Of a DNA stretch of 64,000 nucleotides, positions 28,168 through 37,422 are shown piece after piece. The stretch lies in NCBI GenBank assembly GCA_020241865.1, contig GCA_020241865.1_4709.1; one strand, written 5' to 3'. The stretch's first letter is position 1, and each line of letters begins with the position of its first letter. Position numbers and translations under genes: made by a program. The notes below the pieces were generated by a model, which did no database searches, was not told where the DNA came from, and saw nothing but the letters and a program-made list of their open reading frames with translations. The DNA is from a phage.

Positions 28168-29274
28168 TTAAAAGTAATATTTCAGCGCCTCGCGAGAGAC
28201 ATCAAGCATAGCCGCTGTTGAATTCGTAAAGAACTCGGCATAGCCCACAAGCGGCACCTTGATCCACGCGGTATACGCTGTAAGGTATCGAGAAAGGGCT
28301 ACCATAGCATCATCAGAAGCAGTAGTAACTGACAACTGACCTTGTTGACGATAAACGTCGTTAAGTTTTGCTTGTAGATTCCCTGCGATTTCGAGTAACT
28401 CGTTGGCGTACTTTTTACGATGGTAACTAACCAGTAAATCAACACCCGTATTTACCGACTCGAGTAGCACACCAACTTGTTCTAATGTTGGCATTGTAAC
28501 CACCATATCCCGTTCAACTGACGGTACATCCTGGACTTCAAACCGTGCGGATTGAATGGTGAGGGACTGTTGAATTGAACCAGAACCTGAAGCGGTAACC
28601 TGATCGAGTCGTAGCGTACGGTTACCCAGTAACGTTACATTGACGAGTCTCGATTCGTTCAGCGTGCTGTAGACTTTATGCAATAACGTATACGCGTCAC
28701 GGTTAATCACATCGATTAATGCGGTATCCGTCTGTTTTAAGATAATGTCGAGCGCTCTATCTAACGTATTAGCGAACTGCTTGAAATCATCACGGAACGA
28801 CGAAGACAAGAGATATTCAGCGATTGCCAAATTCTGTTTGTATAACGTATTCCCAGTTGTGAAGTCGAATCCAAAACTGTTCCCATACCGTAGGTGCGGT
28901 GCCAGCGTTGACGAAGCTTCGAAGCTTTGCGCGATGGGTTTACGACCAACGGCTTTTGTGTAGTGACGGCGGATGTTGCTGAGTTCGAGCTGTAGTGCGC
29001 GACTACGATCGATAAACCGGGCGATAAACGCAGTGATGTTCCGCAACGTTGTCCAGATCGCATCGATGATGGCTTTGATGATTTTCATCGCAAGCTGATT
29101 GTACGATTCCATCGTGAGGAGATCAGCACTTTCTGTGGTATAACCGGTTGCCGGAATACCGCCTGCTTGCTGATAAATAAGCTGGTGAATTTGTCGTTGC
29201 GTTGCTGTCTCTGGCACAGGTAATGTTTTTAACAAGCTTAACGCTTGAATCTGTCCGTCATAGGTCTGCAGCAT
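28168..29274 (-). CDS. hypothetical protein, probable paralog-family member (about 368 aa)
   Basis: Track ORF 28168-29316 trimmed to ATG 29274 (GAGGA upstream, 17-nt overlap with upstream stop). Confidence 0.8.
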   Translation of the reverse strand: MLQTYDGQIQALSLLKTLPVPETATQRQIHQLIYQQAGGIPATGYTTESADLLTMESYNQLAMKIIKAIIDAIWTTLRNITAFIARFIDRSRALQLELSNIRRHYTKAVGRKPIAQSFEASSTLAPHLRYGNSFGFDFTTGNTLYKQNLAIAEYLLSSSFRDDFKQFANTLDRALDIILKQTDTALIDVINRDAYTLLHKVYSTLNESRLVNVTLLGNRTLRLDQVTASGSGSIQQSLTIQSARFEVQDVPSVERDMVVTMPTLEQVGVLLESVNTGVDLLVSYHRKKYANELLEIAGNLQAKLNDVYRQQGQLSVTTASDDAMVALSRYLTAYTAWIKVPLVGYAEFFTNSTAAMLDVSREALKYYF

Positions 29275-30559
29275 TGCTGGTTTCCTCAAGTTCGAGATGC
29301 GCGTCAAGATAATCATTAAGACCGTCGATGACGTCGCAGACAGTTAACAGGAATCGGGCAAAAGCAACCGCCTGGAAGCCGACGACGTTACGCGCGATAC
29401 CCACACGTTGAACGATAGCGGATGCGGTGGTATCGTCGTTGTCCATCTGTTGTAGTAAACGCTCGTAAGGTTGAATCCATTCGTCCTGGTCGGCAAGGCC
29501 TGCTTCAAGACAACGTTTAAATTCCAACTGTCGTAGCGTAGACCATAATGTACTTAATGCGTTGATGATTGTATTGGTTCCGTCGATAACGTCGTTCAAC
29601 GGTAAGAAACGGAATCCGTCTTTTGCTGATTGGAACGGTGCAGCCTCCCACACAACGCTGAATTGTGTTCCTGTTGCGTCTTCGATGTTGTGTAATTTAA
29701 GGTAGGAAGCACCAACAGGTGCGTCAACGACGATATCGTCTGTTCCGGTAGGCTTTAACGGCTTCTCGCATAACGCGTCGTTGATGACTTCGAGGATATT
29801 CTCCCAACAGGCTTCGTTTTCTGCAGCGATACCTTCTTTGTTATCCGCTGATGGTGCTTTTAGTAGCTGCATTAATAACGGATCGAGTTGACGATGCCAT
29901 GCTGCGAGGATTCCTGTGTTCGTTACGATGTTTTCTGCGGTTTGTCGTAAATCAGCAATGCTGCTTACCGCACCGCCTTTCGGATGAAGATATCGCCAGT
30001 TGTAGGGAAAGTTCTCCCAGAATGCGTTATCTTCATCGACGTCGTATTCGGAAATAGTTTTCAACGCAGCCGCTTTCTTTAATAACGGCTTCACCTGACG
30101 AACGAATCGACGATAACAACGATTGCAGATATCGATCGCGTAGCGGTATAATTCGTTCATGTAAAGCCATAACGCTCGGGTTGCTTCTTTTGCGGTCTTG
30201 TCAAAACTTTCCATGTTCAAGCTCATCCCGCTGGAAGTTTCCTCTTCCAGACCCTCGATGATGTGGTTTGGATCCATTCCCATTCCGGCTGCTGCGGTCG
30301 ATGCGATATGTTTGATGGTGTTAATATCGCGTTCTTCAACTTCAGCCATGTTTGGGACGATATCCAACCTGAGTTTATTTAATGTTTGAAGGTGTTGTTC
30401 ACCTTCTTTCATCACCGTGTTTGTTTCGTCGATTGAGTGAAACTGATTCTCAATATTACTGGCATCGAGAATATTGCCAGCGATACCGAACGATTCTACA
30501 GGTTCATCATCAATCCCTTGAAACAACGATGTCATGGGTTGTTGTAACACGTTTTCCAT
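29258..30559 (-). CDS. paralog-family protein (433 aa)
   Basis: ORF track; ATG 30559 with AGGAG upstream; motifs IKHIASTAAAGMGMD and MESFDKTAKEATRALWLYM. Confidence 0.85.
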   Translation of the reverse strand: MENVLQQPMTSLFQGIDDEPVESFGIAGNILDASNIENQFHSIDETNTVMKEGEQHLQTLNKLRLDIVPNMAEVEERDINTIKHIASTAAAGMGMDPNHIIEGLEEETSSGMSLNMESFDKTAKEATRALWLYMNELYRYAIDICNRCYRRFVRQVKPLLKKAAALKTISEYDVDEDNAFWENFPYNWRYLHPKGGAVSSIADLRQTAENIVTNTGILAAWHRQLDPLLMQLLKAPSADNKEGIAAENEACWENILEVINDALCEKPLKPTGTDDIVVDAPVGASYLKLHNIEDATGTQFSVVWEAAPFQSAKDGFRFLPLNDVIDGTNTIINALSTLWSTLRQLEFKRCLEAGLADQDEWIQPYERLLQQMDNDDTTASAIVQRVGIARNVVGFQAVAFARFLLTVCDVIDGLNDYLDAHLELEETSNAADL

Positions 30560-30665
30560 TTGGGACTCCTACGTAGGAAAATCTTGGCGGGTGATCATGT
30601 CCGCCATTTACCTTCTGAACCGTTGATTCAGAAGTCAAAAGATAACCGGATACCAACGCCATAAA

Positions 30666-30697
30666 CCTTCCTCCAACCCGTAAGGGAAGGAGGAAGG
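30666..30697 (-). terminator. GC-rich stem-loop CCTTCCTCC-AA-CCC-GTAA-GGG-AA-GGAGGAAGG (family member)
   Basis: Perfect inverted repeat between stop 30708 and start 30559; arms carry a compensatory T/A change relative to other copies. Confidence 0.65.
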
Positions 30698-30707
30698 GAT
30701 ATAGTGG

Positions 30708-31997
30708 TTATGCTTTTTCGGTTACAGCGTCGAAGTATTTCGCTGCAGCAAATACAGCATCCGCATATTGGCGTATCGAAGCGCGAAGAATCTTGGTTGA
30801 CAATACAGTACTTAAGCGCGCCATTTCAGAAACCGCGCTTACATAAGGACGGATGGTTTCACGATCGGCTTCAGGCAGCTTGTCGAGCATATCACCCCAC
30901 TTCGTTTTGATTTTCATACCGTTGAGTTTAGCGGTACGCTCCACAGAACCGGCCAAAGCTTCAACCATGTGGAAATAAGAGGAGTCTATCGTACGGAACA
31001 CGTTAAGATAGGAAGTCAATGCGCCTTTCAGTTCGTTATCGTCTTTGAAAATGTTTGCGTTCTCTATCTCACCGGCCACCGTCATCTCGGCCTCAACCCG
31101 AATATTTTTCACCAACGTATAGGCTTTAATCGCATCACGTTCGTTTTCAACAGCGTCGAGACCTTGAATAACGAATTCCTTCCCACCGCTCTCTGGAAAA
31201 ACAACTTTATTCAGAGCTGATTTGATCGCCAGCAGGTATTTGTCTAAGATAGACGGAAGCAGTGTGAGGTCAGTGAGGTCTGCGACCTTTTTATTGATAT
31301 CAGCCACATGCTTAAACAGTGAATCCGTCCCGCTTGCGCTTGCAGCGAGTTGTTCGATATGCTTGCTTGCAAACACGGCATTCGCTGATTTAGCATTAGG
31401 GAACATATTGACCATATTTCCAGTGGGCTTATCCAACTGTTTGATATGGCGCTCACCTTTATTCACAGCGGTTGCGATCTTGACAATTTTGTTGTATGCA
31501 ACGACCAGGTTCTTGAACAACATCTGGAACAGTTTGAACAGTTGCTCAGCGATATTCGCAATGATTACCCAAACTGCGTATAACGCTTGTGCTGCGCGTT
31601 CTTTAAAGCCTTCCAGCACAATAGCTTGCCCTTCCACCAAACAATCGTCAGCTTGGAACATGTCTTCATCGGACATCCCCAGGTTAGCCGCTGACGTCGA
31701 AGCAATCTGACGGATAAGGGCGATGTCGCTCGCACGTGCTTCAGGGATCGTAGGTGCGATCATGTACGCGGTATCTTCCAGCGTTGCTGAGGTACGCACC
31801 GCAATTTCAGCCAGTTCGCTGGATTCATCGATTGTCTCGTCGGTACGTCGAATCACCAACTCAACTTCGTCCTCTTCGATTTCTGCGTTAGGATCGTGTT
31901 GCTCCGCTGGAGTTGCCGCAAGAAGATCTTCGGCGCTGAGCAGTGCGAGTTCGAATGCGTTTTTATTGACGTTATCAAAAAGAGAGATGCGGGCCAT
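30708..31997 (-). CDS. paralog-family protein (429 aa)
   Basis: ORF track; ATG 31997 with AAGGA upstream; motifs IRQIASTSAANLGMSD and LEGFKERAAQALYAVWVII. Confidence 0.85.
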   Translation of the reverse strand: MARISLFDNVNKNAFELALLSAEDLLAATPAEQHDPNAEIEEDEVELVIRRTDETIDESSELAEIAVRTSATLEDTAYMIAPTIPEARASDIALIRQIASTSAANLGMSDEDMFQADDCLVEGQAIVLEGFKERAAQALYAVWVIIANIAEQLFKLFQMLFKNLVVAYNKIVKIATAVNKGERHIKQLDKPTGNMVNMFPNAKSANAVFASKHIEQLAASASGTDSLFKHVADINKKVADLTDLTLLPSILDKYLLAIKSALNKVVFPESGGKEFVIQGLDAVENERDAIKAYTLVKNIRVEAEMTVAGEIENANIFKDDNELKGALTSYLNVFRTIDSSYFHMVEALAGSVERTAKLNGMKIKTKWGDMLDKLPEADRETIRPYVSAVSEMARLSTVLSTKILRASIRQYADAVFAAAKYFDAVTEKA

Positions 31998-32006
31998 GTT
32001 AGTTCC

Positions 32007-33323
32007 TTAACCTTTGGTATAAGCTTTAACGAGAGTGTTGATAAATGAGGTCAATGCACGAAGATATTGGTAAGCGAATTGGTTTTCAATACGGTTCTCT
32101 TTACCGCAAAGCAGAATCGCGCGCTTAACGAGCTTAGGATAGATCTCAACGTACGGTTGGTAGCTCGCATCAAAATTCTGCTCGTTGAAGCGTTTCATGG
32201 TAACGTATTGGATGCGTTCCATGGTACGGATTTTATTACGAGAGAAGATCTCAGAGAAAGCACGCCCACGTTTTGTTACCATCAACAGATCTTTCGCGAA
32301 CGTCAGTTGTCGAACGCTACGCAAATCGTCAGGTGTCGGTAGGACGTACGTTTCCGGGTCACTATCCCATTCAATATCTTCAACGACAATATCCAAGTCG
32401 AGGTAACGTTTAACAGCATCGATGATATTGTCTTTTGACGCATCGAATTCTTTCAAGAAGACCGCACCGTTGACATAACGGATACGTTTTCCGGAAACCG
32501 TTGGAGTGATAACGTCAGTACCTTCCACAGAACCGCGATTTTCCAGTGTCGATTTGACAGCGTTCAAGAAAGTCAGATAATCAACGGGAAGTTTTTCAAC
32601 CTTATCTAAATGGAAGTCGATGATGTTTAACCCTAACCCATCAATAACTGAATAACCGTCCGATTTAAGGAACATCTGATTGAAGGTATCAATGTTGCTT
32701 TTCAGCGCGTCTACACCACCAACGTTGTTACGGTTAGGGAAAAGTGTCCGCCACTCCGCTTTAAACGCAACTTCTTTATTTTCCTCGTATTTGCCTTTAG
32801 GCATTTGTTCGAGGTCTGCAACGGCTTTCTGAAAATTGCGCGTCTCGTCGTAAACAAGACGGGTAAGCTTCTCGAAGGCTGCTGCCAGAGTCAGGGCAAT
32901 ATCAACGATGATATCCCAGATCTTTTTCATGGCTTTTACAACGGTGTCCTTAAACCCTTCAACAACCAAAGCTTCTCCAACCTCAACACGATCGGTTGGG
33001 GTCAGCAATGCTTCGGAGGGTAGACCCAGAGCAATCGATGCGGATTCTTGAACGTTACGAACTAATGCAACGTCACTGTAGTTAGCCGATTCGATAGTCG
33101 GAGCAACATCAAAACTGATTTCCCGCAGTGCAGCAACAGCAGGGAAAGCACGATCAAGTGCATCTTCATGTTCGTCGATTGTCGCTAAACGTAATTCAAC
33201 ACCATCGGCGTCGATGACTTCAGTGGTAGGCTCCACGGCAAGCGCCTCAGCAACAATAGGATCTTTTTCAAACGCCTCAAGGCTGATATCGCCCTGGGTC
33301 GCAAATAGCGGTATGTGTACCAT
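32007..33323 (-). CDS. paralog-family protein (about 438 aa)
   Basis: Track start 33347 is TTG; ATG 33323 has GGAGA upstream; motifs VRNVQESASIALGLPS and VEGFKDTVVKAMKKIWDII. Confidence 0.85.
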   Translation of the reverse strand: MVHIPLFATQGDISLEAFEKDPIVAEALAVEPTTEVIDADGVELRLATIDEHEDALDRAFPAVAALREISFDVAPTIESANYSDVALVRNVQESASIALGLPSEALLTPTDRVEVGEALVVEGFKDTVVKAMKKIWDIIVDIALTLAAAFEKLTRLVYDETRNFQKAVADLEQMPKGKYEENKEVAFKAEWRTLFPNRNNVGGVDALKSNIDTFNQMFLKSDGYSVIDGLGLNIIDFHLDKVEKLPVDYLTFLNAVKSTLENRGSVEGTDVITPTVSGKRIRYVNGAVFLKEFDASKDNIIDAVKRYLDLDIVVEDIEWDSDPETYVLPTPDDLRSVRQLTFAKDLLMVTKRGRAFSEIFSRNKIRTMERIQYVTMKRFNEQNFDASYQPYVEIYPKLVKRAILLCGKENRIENQFAYQYLRALTSFINTLVKAYTKG

Positions 33324-33371
33324 GTGTTGTCTCCAGTAATGATTCAAAAGATAAACCTGAGCGGCATAGAA

Positions 33372-33403
33372 CCCTCTCCCAACCCGTAAGGGAAGGGAGA
33401 GGG
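33372..33403 (-). terminator. GC-rich stem-loop CCCTCTCCC-AA-CCC-GTAA-GGG-AA-GGGAGAGGG (family member)
   Basis: Perfect inverted repeat between stop 33426 and start 33323. Confidence 0.65.
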
Positions 33404-33425
33404 GATATGTCAGTTTATTAACTGA

Positions 33426-34748
33426 TTACTGCTGTGCTGCGTCAGCCGGTTTCTCAGCCGCCTGGCCGCCGTACTCTTTCAGCATTTTAGCAACGCCATC
33501 CAGGACAGCGTTACCTGCCTGAACACCGTATTTCATCAGACCGGTCTGCGGGTTCACGTAGCAGGAACGTGCGTCTTTCAGTGCAGACAGTACAGCTTGA
33601 ACACGCTGTTTTTCCTGAGCGGAAACTTCGCCTTTCTTAGACAGATCGGCTTCCATATCGTCACCGAATTTAACAGCGTCTTTGAAGCCCTGGGATTTCT
33701 TACCGATGTTGCCTTTCAGCGCCAGCAGTTTGTCGGCCAGTGCTTCAACACCGCTAACCGCAGCAGCCAGCTGATTCAGGGACAGGACGGTAGCTTCAAC
33801 TTCTTTTGCTTCGCCAGAGCGTTCCCAGGTTACTTTACCATCATTGGCTTTGAAACCCCAACCTGCCGGGCCAGCAACGTCAGCAATCGCCGGAGCGTTC
33901 AGTTTATCAGCGTACTCGGTGTGAGATTTAGCAACAACGGTACCAACGAATTTATCAGCACGATCGTCAGCAGCCTTCATTGCTTTCTCGAAGGTGTCAG
34001 CGATTTTGGTCGCGCCGGTAACCAGATCATCACCACCGATGTAACCAGAAACGCCGCTACCCAGTTTAACTTTGGTATTTTTAGCAGCGCCTTTACGCTT
34101 GGCGATCATTTCTTTCAGTTTAGCAGCACGTGCTTTCAGTTTGGTCGCGCCGTCGAAGATGCGATCCATGAACTTCACGAAGGTTTCCCAGGAAGTCTTC
34201 AGGAAGTTCTTGATGGTTGCCCACAGTTTCTGCCACCATTTTTGTTCTTCCAGGAAGATCATGTTGGTTGCATCGTAGCGGGAAGCGGAACCACCGAAGC
34301 TTTCGAAGGAAGGCATGGTTTCCGGCAGTTTGAAACCGATAGTACCACACAGACGTTTCAGATTACGCATGTGTTCTTGCGCGGTCTGTGCAGACATACC
34401 ACCGTCTTTCAGGTAGCTTTCGGTTGCAACAACGGTTTCCGTCAGTTCATCCATGGCTTCGTCCATGGCTTCTGCGGTTTCGTCGTCTTTTGCAATTTCG
34501 ATAACAACAGCATCAACCTGCTCGATATCACCACGAACTTCGATAGCCAGTTCGGTTTCAGCTGCGGTATCTTCAGCGATTTCAGCACGTTCGGTCAGTT
34601 CAGCCACAACGGTTTCATCCGCTGGTGCAGCATCAGCTGCCGGTTCTGCTTCAACGGTTGCCGCTGCATCCGGGTCGATCTCAGCAGCCAGTTGAACCAG
34701 CTGTGCGTTAGATGGATTTGCGACAAGACGATCAAAAATAGAAGGCAT
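33426..34748 (-). CDS. highly expressed paralog-family protein (440 aa), abundant virion protein candidate
   Basis: ORF track; ATG 34748 with AAAGGA upstream; strong codon bias and 390-aa stop-free antisense frame; motif SFESFGG...KLWATI. Confidence 0.85.
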   Translation of the reverse strand: MPSIFDRLVANPSNAQLVQLAAEIDPDAAATVEAEPAADAAPADETVVAELTERAEIAEDTAAETELAIEVRGDIEQVDAVVIEIAKDDETAEAMDEAMDELTETVVATESYLKDGGMSAQTAQEHMRNLKRLCGTIGFKLPETMPSFESFGGSASRYDATNMIFLEEQKWWQKLWATIKNFLKTSWETFVKFMDRIFDGATKLKARAAKLKEMIAKRKGAAKNTKVKLGSGVSGYIGGDDLVTGATKIADTFEKAMKAADDRADKFVGTVVAKSHTEYADKLNAPAIADVAGPAGWGFKANDGKVTWERSGEAKEVEATVLSLNQLAAAVSGVEALADKLLALKGNIGKKSQGFKDAVKFGDDMEADLSKKGEVSAQEKQRVQAVLSALKDARSCYVNPQTGLMKYGVQAGNAVLDGVAKMLKEYGGQAAEKPADAAQQ

Positions 34749-34791
34749 AATTTGTTTCCTTTACAATAAATTGCACATTAGCTAATGCGGC

Positions 34792-34816
34792 TTAAGTGAA
34801 CCGTCAGCTCACTTAA
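34792..34816 (-). terminator. stem-loop TTAAGTGA/TCACTTAA overlapping stop codon of gene 34813-35343
   Basis: 8-bp perfect inverted repeat with 9-nt loop, read from sequence. Confidence 0.5.
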
Positions 34817-35343
34817 AAGCCCTTAAAACCCGGTGCCATAGGTTGCCCAAACACCGCATTCAAAGTACATATGATGTCCTGGATGCCATTGTCCCAATGG
34901 AGCCAAGTACGCACCATCTCTTCGTCTGACAACGTGATATAACTCATAAGTTTACCGCTGCTTTCCAGGCGTTGGTGTGAACTTAACGACTGACGATCTG
35001 ACCAGTTATCAATCAATTGACCAGCAATCTGAACGTTCGTGTCTCGTCTACCCGTGTGAATGAACCGTAGCGTATCACGGATAAACTCCAGACTGGTGAA
35101 GTTCAGATTTGGGTTATGGCTGTTCATTTCCACCCAATCGGTGATGGGGTACATCAAACGATAAAGGGTAGAAAGAACCTGGCGTTCATATTTCCAGTCA
35201 TCGAGAGGAGTACCGTCGACCAGACGCTGATACAAACTAACAACGTCACGATCGTAGTTCTCCTGGCGTTTTACACCGTTAACCGGAAATCCGAAGAACC
35301 CGGTACCGTATAACGTTAAAGGGACGTCACGAAGTGCATTCAT
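34813..35343 (-). CDS. hypothetical protein (176 aa)
   Basis: ORF track; ATGA overlap with upstream stop. Confidence 0.75.
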   Translation of the reverse strand: MNALRDVPLTLYGTGFFGFPVNGVKRQENYDRDVVSLYQRLVDGTPLDDWKYERQVLSTLYRLMYPITDWVEMNSHNPNLNFTSLEFIRDTLRFIHTGRRDTNVQIAGQLIDNWSDRQSLSSHQRLESSGKLMSYITLSDEEMVRTWLHWDNGIQDIICTLNAVFGQPMAPGFKGF

Positions 35344-36242
35344 ACAGCCGCCTCTTCTTTTCGTTTAATATCATAACGAAGTTTCTTCAGTCGCTCTTCG
35401 TGATATTCGATCTGCTGCTGGATTTTTGGATCGTTGCCCGCATTCTGCTGTTTTTGCTTCAGTGACAAAATCCAATACTCCAACGCTTGGGCTTCTTCTT
35501 TGGCTGCTTGTAACGACGCTTCTTCACGTTCGCTGCGCCAGATGCGATAACGGTAAATAAGCGTGTTGGTCATTTGAGTGTCGGACCATGAGCCCATACG
35601 CATCGGGTCAGTATTACCCGCGTTGTACAATCCATTACCAACACCGTCTTCATCAGAAACCACAACATCCGGGATTTTATCCAACCCAGCAAGGATCTGT
35701 TGTTTCTGTCCACACAGCACCTCGGTGGCGATGGCGAAACCGTACATGTTGGCGGTCAGGTAAGCAATCTCGTTTTTGGTGAAGAACTCACCAAGTGCTT
35801 TATCACCACCTGGCATGCTTTCGCAGATGACCGTCGCACGAAGCAGCGTACGAGCGTAGCTAACGTAGAAGCCCAGGGACTCAACAAGACGTACCAGAGC
35901 GGCTTCTTTGAAACTCAGACCGTCAGCAGCAACATCGATTTCCAGGTTTTTGTTAACACGTTTAACAATTTCTGGAATCAGATCAACAGCATTACGTAGC
36001 GCTAAGTGAACGTTTTCTACCCAGCTTCCAGAGCGAACGCGGGTTAAACGCTGGTGCAGATCCTTATCAGCAAGTTTCCATAAGGCGCTTTCTCCCTTTT
36101 GGAGAAGCGAAGCGGATGTCTCGTAGTAAGGAATCGCGGTGTTGTTGATTTCGTCACGGATTGATTCAAGTGCGTCAGCAACACCGGTGCGTTTAAAAAG
36201 CGGCTTCAAACCGCGAATGAATTCTTTAAAATCGATTGCCAT
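35340..36242 (-). CDS. hypothetical protein (300 aa)
   Basis: ORF track; ATG 36242. Confidence 0.8.
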   Translation of the reverse strand: MAIDFKEFIRGLKPLFKRTGVADALESIRDEINNTAIPYYETSASLLQKGESALWKLADKDLHQRLTRVRSGSWVENVHLALRNAVDLIPEIVKRVNKNLEIDVAADGLSFKEAALVRLVESLGFYVSYARTLLRATVICESMPGGDKALGEFFTKNEIAYLTANMYGFAIATEVLCGQKQQILAGLDKIPDVVVSDEDGVGNGLYNAGNTDPMRMGSWSDTQMTNTLIYRYRIWRSEREEASLQAAKEEAQALEYWILSLKQKQQNAGNDPKIQQQIEYHEERLKKLRYDIKRKEEAAV

Positions 36243-36281
36243 GAGTGAGCACCTATGCTATTTCGAAACAGGTTGCGTATA

Positions 36282-37388
36282 TTAACGAATCTGTGGGACG
36301 TTTCCGGTACGGAGCGCCTGGAGGATCGTCAGGAGATCGGAACCCGAGGTTGACGAACTGTTGGATTTTTCCAGCTGCTTGAAGCTTACGGTGGTCCCTT
36401 GATCCAAGCTGTGGAAATAGAAGGTCACCATCTCTTCAGCTTCGTCGATGATGATCAACTGCATTGCGAGGGCTTCAGCCATGACTTTCTGACGTGTGGT
36501 ATAATCAGATAAACGACGTCCGATCTTACGCTCGATGGCTTCCTGGTTAGCCTTAGAGATGATATAGGTGGAGGCGATGGCTCCAGAAGAAGGGATCTTT
36601 GTGCTCGCTGCAGCTTTTGCGGCATTGATGCGCGCAGCATTAACAGCCTTACGGATACCCTCTTTATCCATGCGTGAGATTCGTTTGTGTTCGCGAACCA
36701 GATCGCTAAGCAGGATCATATCGCTCCAGAAAGACAGCTCACCGGCCATCATGCGATGCCAACGTGCTCGCCAGGTGTTCTGTGGGCCGCCAATCGCTAA
36801 AATCGACGCAAGCACTTCCGCTGGAGAGCTTGCAATACGCATGCTGATGTTCAACGGCATTTTCATCGTTGCCTGACCATCGGTCAGCGTCACGGTTAAG
36901 AACTTGCCGGTGACCGCGTTTGCATCTTTGTTCAGCAATTCGATCGCCGCGTCGCTGGCTCCAACATCGAGGCTATTTTTTTGTTTCCCCTGTAGGTTGA
37001 ATCCTTTGTCATCAAGGAAAACAAGGCTTTTGCTATCCGCACTTTCCAGCGCTAATTTAACGGCCTTATCCATCAGGTTAGCGTTACGGTTTGGGTTCAC
37101 ACGACCCAGCGTTTTATCGACACTGATGTTACCCACCTGCATGATGGTATTCAACGCCAGTAAATAGAACCCGGTATACATGTTTTCAGCGGTGCGCATG
37201 CAGTTGCCTAACGCATTGCGTGCGTCGCTATAATACAACTCACGTTCAAAGATCAACGGCGCGATAACGCGTGAAGGTTGTGAGAGTTCAACCAGCGAAC
37301 CTGGCTGGATAAGTTTATTAACTTCGTAGACTTTAGCGATACCTGACGCAACAACATTAACAGCGTCGGCAATTTCTGATGCTACCAT
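36282..37388 (-). CDS. hypothetical protein (368 aa)
   Basis: ORF track; ATG 37388 with AAGGA upstream. Confidence 0.8.
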   Translation of the reverse strand: MVASEIADAVNVVASGIAKVYEVNKLIQPGSLVELSQPSRVIAPLIFERELYYSDARNALGNCMRTAENMYTGFYLLALNTIMQVGNISVDKTLGRVNPNRNANLMDKAVKLALESADSKSLVFLDDKGFNLQGKQKNSLDVGASDAAIELLNKDANAVTGKFLTVTLTDGQATMKMPLNISMRIASSPAEVLASILAIGGPQNTWRARWHRMMAGELSFWSDMILLSDLVREHKRISRMDKEGIRKAVNAARINAAKAAASTKIPSSGAIASTYIISKANQEAIERKIGRRLSDYTTRQKVMAEALAMQLIIIDEAEEMVTFYFHSLDQGTTVSFKQLEKSNSSSTSGSDLLTILQALRTGNVPQIR

Positions 37389-37422
37389 ATTGAAATCCTT
37401 ATTTACAAATAAAGGAAAGAAA

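Noticed and set aside
33597-34769. 390-aa plus-strand ORF antisense to gene 33426-34748
   Set aside because: Same antisense-frame artefact of codon bias.
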